Virus record (IMG/VR): IMGVR_UViG_3300021431_000112
Span: 12,364-76,363 of that record
Strand: one strand, 5' to 3'
Length of the DNA stretch: 64,000 nucleotides
Origin: a virus
Lineage: Duplodnaviria; Caudoviricetes
Shown: positions 41,821 through 52,991 of the stretch, one piece after another
How the letters are laid out: every line of letters starts with the position of its first letter
Position numbering within the stretch: the stretch's first letter is position 1
Program-made: the position numbers and the translations under genes
Notes under the pieces: generated by a model
Database searches by the model: none
The model's input: the letters and a program-made list of their open reading frames with translations, nothing else
Told to the model about the DNA's origin: nothing

Positions 41821-41845
41821 TTTTAGACATTTTTAATCAAAATTC

Positions 41846-41876
41846 AACACTAGAATTTCCAGATTCTAGTGTTTTT
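41846..41876 (+). terminator. Intrinsic terminator
   Basis: AACACTAGAAT...ATTCTAGTGTTTTT. Confidence 0.7.
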
Positions 41877-41933
41877 CTATTTAAGATTAAAAAATGAACT
41901 TTCTTATAAATACATTATGAGAGGTTTTTATCA

Positions 41934-43160
41934 ATGTTAATTAGCGGCGGAAAAGTAATTGCGTTAGATTCAATCAATACCAACTCAGCCACTTTGAGTG
42001 GTAATGGTGTTTGGACTGAACTTGGATTGAATACTTCCGCTGTAATAGACCCATTGAAGCAAGACATTAGTGCTTTGTCTTCAACAATTAGCGGAGTTAG
42101 TGGTAAACTTGACAAAGAGATTGCAGATAGGACTTCTGCAGACACATTCCTTAGTGGGAAAATAAACGAACATTTTGATTATTTTTCAGGCCATGTTCAC
42201 TATCTTTCTGGTGAATTGGATGCAGAGACAGATACCAGAATAGAAGAAGACGAGAAACTTAGTGCAGCCATTGATAGGGAAGTAGCAAATAGGACCTCTG
42301 CAGATTCATATTTGAGTGCTACGATAGATGGCCATTATAATTACTTATCTGGCCAAATAGATTTCTTGTCTGGAGAACTAGATACTGAAACAGACATGCG
42401 AATTGAGGGTGACAACATCCTTGGCTCAGCAATAGAAGCAGAAGTTTATAATCGTATTGCTTCAGATGATTTTCTAAGCGCAGCCATTGACACAAAACAA
42501 GACATACTTTCTGCTGGTGACAACATCTCAATAGATGAAAATGTGGTTAGTGTATCTGGTGTAAAGGAAATTAATCTTCATTATCCTTTGTTTGGTGTAG
42601 AAACTAAAGATGGCTTGGTAATTGGAATACACGATACAACAAGACAATTCCATGAATCATATACCACAACAAGTATAGCAGATCCATTGTCTTCTCAAAT
42701 CTCTATAGCAAATGGTTATAAGATTAAAAACAATGAATTTAGTGCAGACAAGAACATCAAGAATTTCAATTTGAATGTAACATATAAATTAAAGTTTACT
42801 GAAACAGAAGATTTTGAAAAGATCTATTCAGCCAACTTCAAAGTATTGGATAAAGATGATAACGAAGTTTATGTTGATACCAACACATTTGATAGAATGA
42901 ATAGTTATAGTTTTGGATTGAACTTGAAAAACAATTCACCATACAAATTCAAGATTGAAGGTGATACAACTGCATTTACTGGCTTGGATATGAATATATC
43001 ATGTCTTGGAACATGGATGCCTAGTTACGATTACTTGGATGATTTGGCAGAGATTAACGAAACAAGTGCTAACCAGATTCTAGTATGGAATCCAAAAGTG
43101 CTTGGTGTTAGTGATGATGAAATTTTAGGTATAGACGAACAAACAGCAATAGAGGTTTAA
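41934..43160 (+). CDS. Putative fibre/structural protein with coiled-coil repeats
   Basis: Late promoter at 41905; repeats of DREIA.RTSAD..LS..I..H..Y.SG. Confidence 0.65.
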   Translation: MLISGGKVIALDSINTNSATLSGNGVWTELGLNTSAVIDPLKQDISALSSTISGVSGKLDKEIADRTSADTFLSGKINEHFDYFSGHVHYLSGELDAETDTRIEEDEKLSAAIDREVANRTSADSYLSATIDGHYNYLSGQIDFLSGELDTETDMRIEGDNILGSAIEAEVYNRIASDDFLSAAIDTKQDILSAGDNISIDENVVSVSGVKEINLHYPLFGVETKDGLVIGIHDTTRQFHESYTTTSIADPLSSQISIANGYKIKNNEFSADKNIKNFNLNVTYKLKFTETEDFEKIYSANFKVLDKDDNEVYVDTNTFDRMNSYSFGLNLKNNSPYKFKIEGDTTAFTGLDMNISCLGTWMPSYDYLDDLAEINETSANQILVWNPKVLGVSDDEILGIDEQTAIEV

Positions 43161-43165
43161 CGCTT

Positions 43166-44485
43166 ATGAAAATTACAACCTTTAACAATTTGGATGAAAT
43201 TACAGGTAATGAAGGTAAAATTTTACTATATGATGAAGCAAAAAGTAAGATTGGTGCTTCTACTGAAACAGTAAATGAGATTATTCAAGACCAAGTAGGT
43301 GGTGACATCTCTAGATTGGAAGGTAGAGTAAGTACAGTTGAAAGTGATGTTGAAGCTCTGAATGGTGCTATTGCTTTGAAAGCTGATGCTGATAAAGTCT
43401 ATACAAAAACGCAAGTTGATGAAAAATTTGCCGATTTTGGTGGATTTGAAGTTACTGAAGGAACAGGTGAAGATAGTCCTCCTAATGTTGAAAATCCAGA
43501 TGTCAAAAAGATTTATCTAGTCAAGAAAGGAACAAAGGAAGACAAGTATTGTGAATGGATTTGGACTAAGGAAGAAGATTCAAGTGAAAATACTTGGGTG
43601 TTAATTGGTGAAACTACTGTTGAATTGACTGACTATGCGAAGACTGTGGATGTTGATGCAGCATTAGAATTGAAAGAAGACAAGGTATTTGTTGCTGAAT
43701 ATGGTGTTACTCCTTATGCAGATATTAAAGCTGCATATGATGCTGGTAAACAAATTGTTTGTAAGTACAATAATGGCGGTGTTATTTATGCTCAATTAGC
43801 ACAATATATTACTTATAGTGTTCAACCATTTATTTTTAATAATGCAAAAACAGGACAAGATTGGACATTTACATGTATTAATAATAATGGTGTAAATGAA
43901 TGGAGTCAAGAAACTACACATTATTATGATACGACAGCGACATCTGGTTCACAACAATTAACTACTGCTTTCAATGCTAAGCAAGATAAATTAACATTTG
44001 CTGGTGAAAATAATACCATTACATCCATCAATACAAGTGCTGTAGGAACAACTCTAGCTGCTGGAACTGATCTTGTAATAAACAATGGTGTAATTGGTGT
44101 CAATACGAATGGTACAGCAGAAGGTCAATATGCTTTTGTTGAAGGAAATAATACTTCGGCAATAGGTAATGCTTCTCATGCAGAAGGAATAAGCACAAGT
44201 GCAGTTGGTGATTATTCTCACGCAGGAGGTAGAGGTACAATAGCAAGTGGAGAAGCTACTACAGTTATAGGTAAATATAATTCTGTTAATTCCGCCGCAT
44301 TCATTGTAGGTAATGGTAATTTGGATGGAAAAGACCCTGTATATTCTGATGCTTTCATCGTTGATTGGGCTGGTGTTGCTTCTGCTACAAAACTTGCTAC
44401 ATCAGGAATACAGGATGTTGAAACTTCTATAACTGCATTACAAGCACAACTTGGTAATATAGATTCTATTTTACAAAGTATATAA
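43166..44485 (+). CDS. Putative fibre protein with YadA/Hep_Hag-like head repeats
   Basis: AFVEGNNTSAIGNASHAEGISTSAVGDYSHAGG; IYLV..D.Y.EW module. Confidence 0.7.
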   Translation: MKITTFNNLDEITGNEGKILLYDEAKSKIGASTETVNEIIQDQVGGDISRLEGRVSTVESDVEALNGAIALKADADKVYTKTQVDEKFADFGGFEVTEGTGEDSPPNVENPDVKKIYLVKKGTKEDKYCEWIWTKEEDSSENTWVLIGETTVELTDYAKTVDVDAALELKEDKVFVAEYGVTPYADIKAAYDAGKQIVCKYNNGGVIYAQLAQYITYSVQPFIFNNAKTGQDWTFTCINNNGVNEWSQETTHYYDTTATSGSQQLTTAFNAKQDKLTFAGENNTITSINTSAVGTTLAAGTDLVINNGVIGVNTNGTAEGQYAFVEGNNTSAIGNASHAEGISTSAVGDYSHAGGRGTIASGEATTVIGKYNSVNSAAFIVGNGNLDGKDPVYSDAFIVDWAGVASATKLATSGIQDVETSITALQAQLGNIDSILQSI

Positions 44486-44495
44486 GGAATAATAT

Positions 44496-45239
44496 ATGAG
44501 TATAGAAAATGAATTACAAAGAATAATTACAGCAAAACAGGCAATAATACAAGCAATTACAGAAAAAGGTATTACAGTTACAGACGATGCTAAATTGGAA
44601 GATTTGGCAAATCTAATTGAAAATATAGAAACTGGTGGATCTGTTAGAAAAGAAAATATTTTAGGTAGAGATTATATAATTGTTGATATTGGTAATTATA
44701 CTTGGATGGCAGAAAATTTAGATTATAAAATTGAAGGTATGTCATTGAATCCAAATAATATGCCTACTACACCAGCTGCTTGGTATTTTAATAGAGATGA
44801 ATCTACTTATGGTTGGAATGGTAAAAAATATGGTTTACTTTATAATGCATATTGTATAGAAACATTAAAAGAACTTTTGGCAAATACAGAATGGAAAGTT
44901 CCTGACTATGGTGATTTCTATATGTTTCAACAAAAAATACCATCATTTTTAGAATATGGTGTTGGTAAAGCATTAAAATCTACTTCTGATTGGAATGATG
45001 GTGGAAGTAGTAATAATGGCGTAGATAAATTTGGATTTAATCTTTTGCCTGCCGGGTGTCATGGAGTCGGTGATTTTTGGTCTAATCCTGGAAAAGTGAG
45101 TCTTCTTTGGGTTGATGGACGAATGTCAGAAACGACATACGATTGTAGAAAATTTGATTATGATTCATCTTCTATGGATGAATCTACTTATGATATGATA
45201 GGTGGTTGTTCTATAAGACTTGTTAAAAAGTCAACATAA
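44496..45239 (+). CDS. Fib_succ_major (FISUMP) domain protein
   Basis: IGNYTWMAENL, YGLLYN, WKVP, DKFGFNLLPAG, CSIRLVK. Confidence 0.8.
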   Translation: MSIENELQRIITAKQAIIQAITEKGITVTDDAKLEDLANLIENIETGGSVRKENILGRDYIIVDIGNYTWMAENLDYKIEGMSLNPNNMPTTPAAWYFNRDESTYGWNGKKYGLLYNAYCIETLKELLANTEWKVPDYGDFYMFQQKIPSFLEYGVGKALKSTSDWNDGGSSNNGVDKFGFNLLPAGCHGVGDFWSNPGKVSLLWVDGRMSETTYDCRKFDYDSSSMDESTYDMIGGCSIRLVKKST

Positions 45240-45255
45240 TTTTAAAAATTAAACT

Positions 45256-45280
45256 AACCCGTCTATGACGGGTTTTCTTT
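45256..45280 (+). terminator. Intrinsic terminator
   Basis: AACCCGTC-TAT-GACGGGTTTTCTTT. Confidence 0.7.
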
Positions 45281-45310
45281 TAAATATAGACTATTTGCCA
45301 TAAATACATT

Positions 45311-45502
45311 ATGCTAGAATTTAATAAAAGAAGTTTCCGATTTAATGTACCATTGGTTAGTGTGTCAATAAATTTGGTGTCTAATAAGTATATACCGACT
45401 ACAGATCCACAATTACTAAATACAGACTATTATTTTACAGGTGATTATACTTATGAATTGGTTCCTGTAATTTGTAATGACCCTTGGTATCAGATTCCTT
45501 AA
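45311..45502 (+). CDS. Small hypothetical protein
   Basis: ATG shortly after CATAAATA near 45299. Confidence 0.4.
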   Translation: MLEFNKRSFRFNVPLVSVSINLVSNKYIPTTDPQLLNTDYYFTGDYTYELVPVICNDPWYQIP

Positions 45503-45569
45503 TTTCATTTCAAAAGCAATAAAAGTCATAAATAGATTGTATAACCTATTGTTTTTTGAGGTCTTATAG

Positions 45570-48500
45570 ATGTCTGTAGTTAAGCACAATACCTATTTTA
45601 AAGAAAATGATGGAAAAGTTTATTATTACGATGCAGAAGGCATAAAGAAAGAAGTTCCTTCTACCGCATTCTCAAATCTTCAAGAACAAATAGACAATCT
45701 TGGCTCACCATTGTCATATTCTGGAGCCCAGTCTGTTGATGAATTGAACGAATTGGTAGACATTAAGACAGGTACTGTATATACTGTGACCGGTAATAGT
45801 GGCACATTGACTGCCGGTGGTATAGATGTCCAACCTAGCACAGAAGTGGCTTGGGCTGGAGAATGGTTCAACATTGGTAAAGATTTGGATAATTCCTGGA
45901 AACAATGGAGTGAAGATAGAAATAATATATTTGATGATTATTCTGTTTATATTGGTTCTGGTAATAATGTAAGTAGCAATAAATGGAATAATTCATTCGT
46001 AATAGGTGACAAAAATAGGGCTTACAATGGTAGTTATGCTATAGGTAAAAATTCTTTCGCTAATGAAGGATCTTATGCAATAGGACAAAATTCGAATGCA
46101 ATAAATGGTGGCCTTGCTATATCTGAAAATTCCGGTTCCACAGCAGAATCTGGTTCAATTTCTATTGGTGATAATAGTGTATGTGCTTCATGTGGGGCTA
46201 TATCAATAGGTAGAAATGGTGTATTTGCTAAAAATGATTCATATACATTTGGTACTCTTAATAGTTCAGCAATAAATCATTCATTTGCTATAGGTTCAAA
46301 TTTAACAGCATTAGATGCTGGATTTGCTATAGGTATAGCAGAAGATTCTAACCACGGATATAATAGTAAAGCTGAAGGTGGTATGATATTAACTATGTCA
46401 AATCGTTCCTTCAAAGGTGGTTATCATGATGAAAGTGGAAATTTCATTAAAGAACTTTGGGTAGATTCAACATATGTAAAAACTGATATATCTGCAATAA
46501 AATACTTTGATGATGAAGGCAATTTTGTTTATAATGGAATACCATATACTGCAAATAATCTATGGCCTGCATTTGCATATAATGGTGGTATAGCAATAGG
46601 TAGAGCAGTATCAGCTAATAGAAGTATTGCAATTTCTCCAAAATGGAATGGTTATAATTCAAATAATAATGGAATACTTGGTACATCTGCATCCAATGAA
46701 TCTGTAGCAATTGGTGATAATGTTTATGCTACTGAAGGTTCACTTGTATTTGGTAAAAATGGTTTGTCAGCCACGATGGCTTCTATTGGTATTGGTAGAA
46801 TGGGTACAGCTACAAATGCTTCAATACTTATATCAAATGATTTAGATGGAAATATAAAACCATTCTCTGGAAAAATGTATTGTTATTTTGATTCAGCAAC
46901 AAATGAATATAAACCATTTACGGCATATGATTCTGTTGTGTACAAAAATACAATAAGTTTAAATAAACAAATTTATAATACAGCAACAAATACTTTTGAA
47001 AACATTGGAAGTTCTACTGATACACATTTATTATTCTTAAATACTTGGGATGGTAGTATTGGTTGGATTTATAATGGAAATAATTATAGTAGAAGTTATT
47101 TTTCAGGATATTATGATGAAAATAATAATTTTATTAGAGTTAATAGCCAAAGTGAAGTACCTTCATCAGCAACATTAATTCATGTTTTTTCTGCCCGTGC
47201 AGGAAAAGATACATATTTTGACTGTAATAAAAATAATATATTCACAATGACATTAATCGGTGATTCTAGTTATTCTAGTTATAGCGATAATCCTGGTGTT
47301 AGCAGGGGATTCACTGTTTCTGGCTATTACATTGATAAATATTATGATTATGACCAATCAGAATATAAATTCCGTCTATATGAATCTTGTAAAAATAGAC
47401 AAAATACATCAAATTCTTCATTGACATCATTATTATCACAATATAAAGCTTTATCTTCATATATTAATAAAAATGCTTATAATGGTATAGTATATGATAA
47501 TGTTTCATATGAAGATAGTACAAGCAGTATATTGAATACAACAGATAATCTTGTAGATTATTATGTAATAGGAAATCAAAAAATATATCCAGTTGAAGAT
47601 AGTATAAGTGGATTAACTTTGCAGACAACAACTGCGATTGATGAAGGAAAAACTTGGTCAACAAATGATTCTATTAGTATTGGTGAAGGATTGAGTTCAT
47701 ATGGTAAAAGTATTGCAATAAATGCTGGTGGTGACCCTAATTATGGTGTAAATGGTTCTAAAAATTTTAGTAATATACAATCTGCAAAGCCAGGAAACCT
47801 TGTAACAGCAAATAACTATTCAACAGAATATACAATAAATTCATTTATTAATAATAAAATAAATTATAGAAAAAATAATATAGTTACTGCATATGGTAAA
47901 TCTATTGTATTAGGTGCTGATGCTAAAAATATAAGTGCTGGTGGAGATTCTATTGCAATAGGTAATCATGATATAGATGTAACTGGTAAATCTATTGGTA
48001 TTGGAAATAATATATTTAGTTTAAATCAATCTATTGTTATAAATCAAAATGCTTTGGGTAGAACACCTACCGCAATTAACCAATCATTAGTAATAGGTGG
48101 TGGTGGATCTTGGGCACAAGATAATTCATTCATATTTGGTGAAGCAAATTCTGCTAATAATAATGCTTATGTTTTTGGTCAAGGAAATTCAGCTAATGGA
48201 AGAACTTTTGCTTTTGGTGAATCAAATTACATCGCAACAGGTAAATCTTTTGCTTTGGGTTATTCAAATTATATAAACGGTTCAACCGAAGCATGTACTA
48301 TTGGATATAGGAATTATCTTGTTGGCGATTCAATGCAACATGTAGTTATGGGTTATGACAACTATATGTCTGTTTATGGTTATGCCCTACACTTAATTGG
48401 TAATAGAAACTCTGCTTCTTGCGAATGTATATATGGTTCTGTTCTAGGTAACTGGAACATGCTTTCACATGGTAAAAGTTTACTTGCTATACATGGTGAT

Positions 48501-51500
48501 AATAATAGTGCCTTTGGAAGTCTTGGTGAAGCCAATATATTCGGTGATTATAATGTAGTTGGCGGTGGTGGAAATAGAATATCTGTTATTGGATATGATA
48601 ATGGAAGAAATGCACCAGGTTCATATGGAAGTTATGATGGTATAGTTATTGGTAATAATAATAATTGGAATGGTGGTTCTTTTAAAACATCTATAATTGG
48701 TATTAATAACATTATATCTGGTATAAATTACTCAGATATGAGTTTAATTGGTAATGATAACTTTGTATCGGCCGATGAAGATGGTGTTATATTAGGTAAT
48801 AATAATTATATAAATTCATATCAATATAATAATGTAAATTCTACTAGAAATCATATAATAGGCAATAATAATACTGCATCTGGTTATGCATCAATGAATT
48901 CTATTTTACTTGGTTCATTTAATAGAGTATTTTATGGTCAAAATATAACTATTGGTGAATATAATAGTGCCAGCGACCAATCATATGTAATTGGAACTAA
49001 TAATACTGCAAATATAACTGGTGATAATATTGGTTTTGGTATTCATAATAAAATAGGATATGAAGCAATTTCTATTGGAAAAAATAATATATCTTTAGGT
49101 CATTCTATTATTTTTGGATGGAACAATACTACAGAAGAAAATTATATAGATAAAAATAATAATTATGCTCATACTATTTTAATTGGTAATCAAAATAGTA
49201 CAAAAAATACACAACAATATATTTACAGTAAATCATATCCATACATTAGTCAAAAGATTTTGTCTGAAGGTGAAATAAAACAAATTCAAACTGAGATTAC
49301 TGAATTAGAAGAACAAAGAACTACTGCATATCAGAATTCAGCTAATAAAGCAAATGAAATTTATTCTTTGTTGACTGCTAATGGTTTGGATTCTGTTAGT
49401 GCAGAAAATTATATTAATGGTACATTATATAATTCAGGTTATGATCATGTATATATTTATCCATATACACCATGGGCTATTCAAAGCTATCCATATGGTA
49501 TTAGTTATGAAGAAAATGGTACATGGTATACTGGATATGGTGAAAGTGCTTATATAAAAAGATGGATTTATAATACATCTAGTTATAGTTCTAATGATAC
49601 ATCTGACTATTATTATAGGTATTATTGGTTACCTGCAAAACAAGCAAGTGCTACATGGTCTATTGTATCTTCCATTTATACAGCACAATATGGGTCTGAT
49701 TCTGCTAACAGATACAATGCAGTAAATACTGCTATTCAACATGTAAATGACCTTTCACAAGCAATTTATACTAAACAAAATAAACTTACAGAAAATCCAA
49801 TTACTGCATCTGGTACTACTGATTCACACAATATAGAAACTATGAGCTTGGTAGTTGGTCAAGGCAATAGTGCAGACCACCATAATTCTATAGTAATTGG
49901 TAGTGAAAACCATACATTGAAAATGCTAAATACAAATATTACTGGCGATGATGGATTTACTGTTGCTATTGGTGTTGGTAATACTGTAGCTAGAAACTAT
50001 GACATGGCTATAGGTTATGGATCTGTGGCTTATGGTGGAGAAAATATAGCAATTGGTGGTTCTAATACCTATGTAGATTATAATTGGAATTATTATAATA
50101 CTAGAACAAATGCTGTCGGCTTAAGGAATATATCAATAAGATCAACATTAACTGGTTTTGACAATATGGCTTGTATAAGTTATATTGGTGGTACATGTAT
50201 ATCTAGCAACATTGACCAAGGAATGACTGGTTACTGGGATGGAATCCATACAAACTTTGAAAGAAATCAATTATTTGATTTTGTTGGTGATATAAATGGT
50301 GCTGCTTATGCTATAAACAATAATAAATTTGATTATGTTAGATCAAACTTAGATATTGCTAATACTTTTGATAGAAACAATTTAAGAGTTGTATTATCTT
50401 CAAATATATCTGCTAATACAGCAACTGAAAATACTTATAATAACTTCAAAATAGTAAATATGACTGCTTACTTAGACAATAATAACATATATAACAATGT
50501 TGTATATAGCACATTAACATTTAATGGTATTACAAATAACAATATATTCAGCAATGTTGATTGTGCGAAACTAACACAACAAAATGGATATAGTTTAGAC
50601 CACAATTTGTTCTATAATATAAATAATATAAATAGTGGAGAAAGTTATTGGTTTAATAAATTTGATTTTACTGCAAATAATGATTTTAGTCATAATTTAA
50701 TCATACAATCAAATATATCTGGTTCCAATAATGAATGGCCTGGTGTAACAAATAACTTATTATATAAAAGTTATTTGGAAATTTATAATCCTTCAGATAA
50801 AAATGAAAATGCCATTAATGGCTATAAAGAATGTTTTACTGAAAATGTGCTAATTGGTACTGAAGCATATGGTCAAGTTCAAGAATCATTTAGCTTTGGT
50901 GCTTTGGATGGTTCAAAAGTATATAGAACCACAAATTATGGGGACCTTGAAGCACCAGTATTGAGAGATGATTTTAGAGTATTCAATTTTGGTGATAATA
51001 GAATACAACATTCATTTGATACAATTATTGCTGGTTCAAAAAATGATTTAAATGGTGTAAATAGATTCGTTGTTATGGGTGGTGGTAATGCAGTATCATC
51101 AAATGCTGCATATGAAGGTTCTAATATAGGATCTCATAATAATTTCCATGATTCAGTAATACTTGGTACAAACAACTTAATTGCTACACCAAATTCAGCA
51201 TATTATGGTTATTTGAATACACAAAATTATATACTTGGACATGCTAATACAATTGTAGTAAATTCTAATAATGGTGATTATAAAAATTCTAATTCTAATT
51301 TAAGAATTATAGGACTAGATAACCATTTTGCTAATATACCTTCAGATATTATTGAATCTATTATAACTGGTGGTTCTATTTATTCATTTACAGTTTATGC
51401 ACAAGGAACCACAAGAAATGTAACTCGTTATGATTCTATAATACCTGTAAAAGCATCTACTGGTCATGGTTCAACATATTATAATAGTTATAGTGGTTAT

Positions 51501-52283
51501 GCTATTAGTGGTGTTAGTAGAAATACAATTATTGGTTCACATTCTGTTATTGCTAGTAACATTACTGATTCTACTACAATTGGTCTATATAATACCATCT
51601 ATCAGAATGACCAGCCACATGATGAAAAATTCTCCGACATCAATTTGATTGGTGCATTTAACCTAGGTTTAAATGGTTCACATCAATTCAATGTTGGATT
51701 CAATAATATTACATCTGGTCACCATTCTACTGCAATAGGTGAAGAACTTCGTGCTAATGCTTTCCAGACAATACTTGGTAAATATAATACTTCTGCTGAA
51801 GGAACTACCCGTACTACAATGAGATGGAATAGTGCTACTAATACTGTAGAACAAGTAGAAAATACTGGCGTATTACTTGCTATTGGTAATGGTAGACTTA
51901 ATTTGTATGAAAAATATTTTGGAATGTATGAAGGTAGTCCTGTATATAACTGGTATGACGAAAATAATAACCTTGTAGACGAAAAATACATTACAACAGA
52001 CAACTACATACAGCGTTCCAATGCCATGATAGTTTCTGCCGATGGAACTGTATCTGCTAGAAGATTCATTGAATCTGAACCAGCATTGACTATCACTGGT
52101 GGAGATTATGTTTCTGTTACAGAAGATACTACCAATAACAAACTTGTAATTGACTTGGAATCTTCACTTGGACAAATGTTGACAGAATTGTCTGGTGTCT
52201 TGACTGCCAAACCTACTACAGGTCGCCATATCCTTGGTGTTGATGATGGTGGAACTCTTACTTGGTTGGAGGTTAATCAATGA
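45570..52283 (+). CDS. 2237-aa tail fibre/adhesin with many YadA-head-like beta-roll repeats
   Basis: Dozens of N.A...S.AIG repeats; C-terminal LLAIGNG...RSNAMIVSADG. Confidence 0.8.
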   Translation: MSVVKHNTYFKENDGKVYYYDAEGIKKEVPSTAFSNLQEQIDNLGSPLSYSGAQSVDELNELVDIKTGTVYTVTGNSGTLTAGGIDVQPSTEVAWAGEWFNIGKDLDNSWKQWSEDRNNIFDDYSVYIGSGNNVSSNKWNNSFVIGDKNRAYNGSYAIGKNSFANEGSYAIGQNSNAINGGLAISENSGSTAESGSISIGDNSVCASCGAISIGRNGVFAKNDSYTFGTLNSSAINHSFAIGSNLTALDAGFAIGIAEDSNHGYNSKAEGGMILTMSNRSFKGGYHDESGNFIKELWVDSTYVKTDISAIKYFDDEGNFVYNGIPYTANNLWPAFAYNGGIAIGRAVSANRSIAISPKWNGYNSNNNGILGTSASNESVAIGDNVYATEGSLVFGKNGLSATMASIGIGRMGTATNASILISNDLDGNIKPFSGKMYCYFDSATNEYKPFTAYDSVVYKNTISLNKQIYNTATNTFENIGSSTDTHLLFLNTWDGSIGWIYNGNNYSRSYFSGYYDENNNFIRVNSQSEVPSSATLIHVFSARAGKDTYFDCNKNNIFTMTLIGDSSYSSYSDNPGVSRGFTVSGYYIDKYYDYDQSEYKFRLYESCKNRQNTSNSSLTSLLSQYKALSSYINKNAYNGIVYDNVSYEDSTSSILNTTDNLVDYYVIGNQKIYPVEDSISGLTLQTTTAIDEGKTWSTNDSISIGEGLSSYGKSIAINAGGDPNYGVNGSKNFSNIQSAKPGNLVTANNYSTEYTINSFINNKINYRKNNIVTAYGKSIVLGADAKNISAGGDSIAIGNHDIDVTGKSIGIGNNIFSLNQSIVINQNALGRTPTAINQSLVIGGGGSWAQDNSFIFGEANSANNNAYVFGQGNSANGRTFAFGESNYIATGKSFALGYSNYINGSTEACTIGYRNYLVGDSMQHVVMGYDNYMSVYGYALHLIGNRNSASCECIYGSVLGNWNMLSHGKSLLAIHGDNNSAFGSLGEANIFGDYNVVGGGGNRISVIGYDNGRNAPGSYGSYDGIVIGNNNNWNGGSFKTSIIGINNIISGINYSDMSLIGNDNFVSADEDGVILGNNNYINSYQYNNVNSTRNHIIGNNNTASGYASMNSILLGSFNRVFYGQNITIGEYNSASDQSYVIGTNNTANITGDNIGFGIHNKIGYEAISIGKNNISLGHSIIFGWNNTTEENYIDKNNNYAHTILIGNQNSTKNTQQYIYSKSYPYISQKILSEGEIKQIQTEITELEEQRTTAYQNSANKANEIYSLLTANGLDSVSAENYINGTLYNSGYDHVYIYPYTPWAIQSYPYGISYEENGTWYTGYGESAYIKRWIYNTSSYSSNDTSDYYYRYYWLPAKQASATWSIVSSIYTAQYGSDSANRYNAVNTAIQHVNDLSQAIYTKQNKLTENPITASGTTDSHNIETMSLVVGQGNSADHHNSIVIGSENHTLKMLNTNITGDDGFTVAIGVGNTVARNYDMAIGYGSVAYGGENIAIGGSNTYVDYNWNYYNTRTNAVGLRNISIRSTLTGFDNMACISYIGGTCISSNIDQGMTGYWDGIHTNFERNQLFDFVGDINGAAYAINNNKFDYVRSNLDIANTFDRNNLRVVLSSNISANTATENTYNNFKIVNMTAYLDNNNIYNNVVYSTLTFNGITNNNIFSNVDCAKLTQQNGYSLDHNLFYNINNINSGESYWFNKFDFTANNDFSHNLIIQSNISGSNNEWPGVTNNLLYKSYLEIYNPSDKNENAINGYKECFTENVLIGTEAYGQVQESFSFGALDGSKVYRTTNYGDLEAPVLRDDFRVFNFGDNRIQHSFDTIIAGSKNDLNGVNRFVVMGGGNAVSSNAAYEGSNIGSHNNFHDSVILGTNNLIATPNSAYYGYLNTQNYILGHANTIVVNSNNGDYKNSNSNLRIIGLDNHFANIPSDIIESIITGGSIYSFTVYAQGTTRNVTRYDSIIPVKASTGHGSTYYNSYSGYAISGVSRNTIIGSHSVIASNITDSTTIGLYNTIYQNDQPHDEKFSDINLIGAFNLGLNGSHQFNVGFNNITSGHHSTAIGEELRANAFQTILGKYNTSAEGTTRTTMRWNSATNTVEQVENTGVLLAIGNGRLNLYEKYFGMYEGSPVYNWYDENNNLVDEKYITTDNYIQRSNAMIVSADGTVSARRFIESEPALTITGGDYVSVTEDTTNNKLVIDLESSLGQMLTELSGVLTAKPTTGRHILGVDDGGTLTWLEVNQ

Positions 52284-52981
52284 GAATAGTATCACCAACA
52301 GGAAAGAAACTAAGGTTTAATGATAAGATGGTTGTAACCGATTTAACTGAACCACCATTTATAGATGGTTATACAAAATTGAAAGCAGTAAAAATGGTCA
52401 ACTGTTATGTTGATACAGGAATAAAACCATTAACTTCTGATAGTATAGAATGTGTATTCCAGGATTATGGTTTAACTAATTCACCACTTAGATATGATTT
52501 TAACTGTTTATTTGGTTCTAGAACAGGTTCATTTAATTCTGATAACTATTTTTTATTTAGTAAATTTAATGATTCAAGACAATTTTATTATGCAAGAGGA
52601 GGTGCAGAAACAAGATTATATAGTAGTGTTCCAAATAAAGTTTTAAAAATTGTTATATCTAATAATACTGACAATTATAAAGCAACATTATATGATAATG
52701 AAACATCTTTACAAATTGCAACAGTAACACCACCCAATAATTCAGTTAGTAATTGTTATTGGAATATGTGGGTGGGTTGTGGTAACAATTCAAATAATGT
52801 TGATGTTTATTGTAATGCTGATTTTTATAGTTTCAAAATTTATGATAGTGAAGGTAATTTGAAAGTTGATTTAGTTCCAGTAAGAAGAAACTCAGATAAT
52901 GTTTGTGGATTTTATGATTTAGCACAAAAAGTATTTAGAACAAATTTAGGATCAGGAACAATAACAGGTATTGATTTTTAA
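52280..52981 (+). CDS. Putative virion lectin-like (beta-sandwich) protein
   Basis: YVDTGIKP, FYSFKIYD....DLVPVRRNSDNVCGFYD. Confidence 0.55.
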   Translation: MRIVSPTGKKLRFNDKMVVTDLTEPPFIDGYTKLKAVKMVNCYVDTGIKPLTSDSIECVFQDYGLTNSPLRYDFNCLFGSRTGSFNSDNYFLFSKFNDSRQFYYARGGAETRLYSSVPNKVLKIVISNNTDNYKATLYDNETSLQIATVTPPNNSVSNCYWNMWVGCGNNSNNVDVYCNADFYSFKIYDSEGNLKVDLVPVRRNSDNVCGFYDLAQKVFRTNLGSGTITGIDF

Positions 52982-52991
52982 GAGGTAGTAT

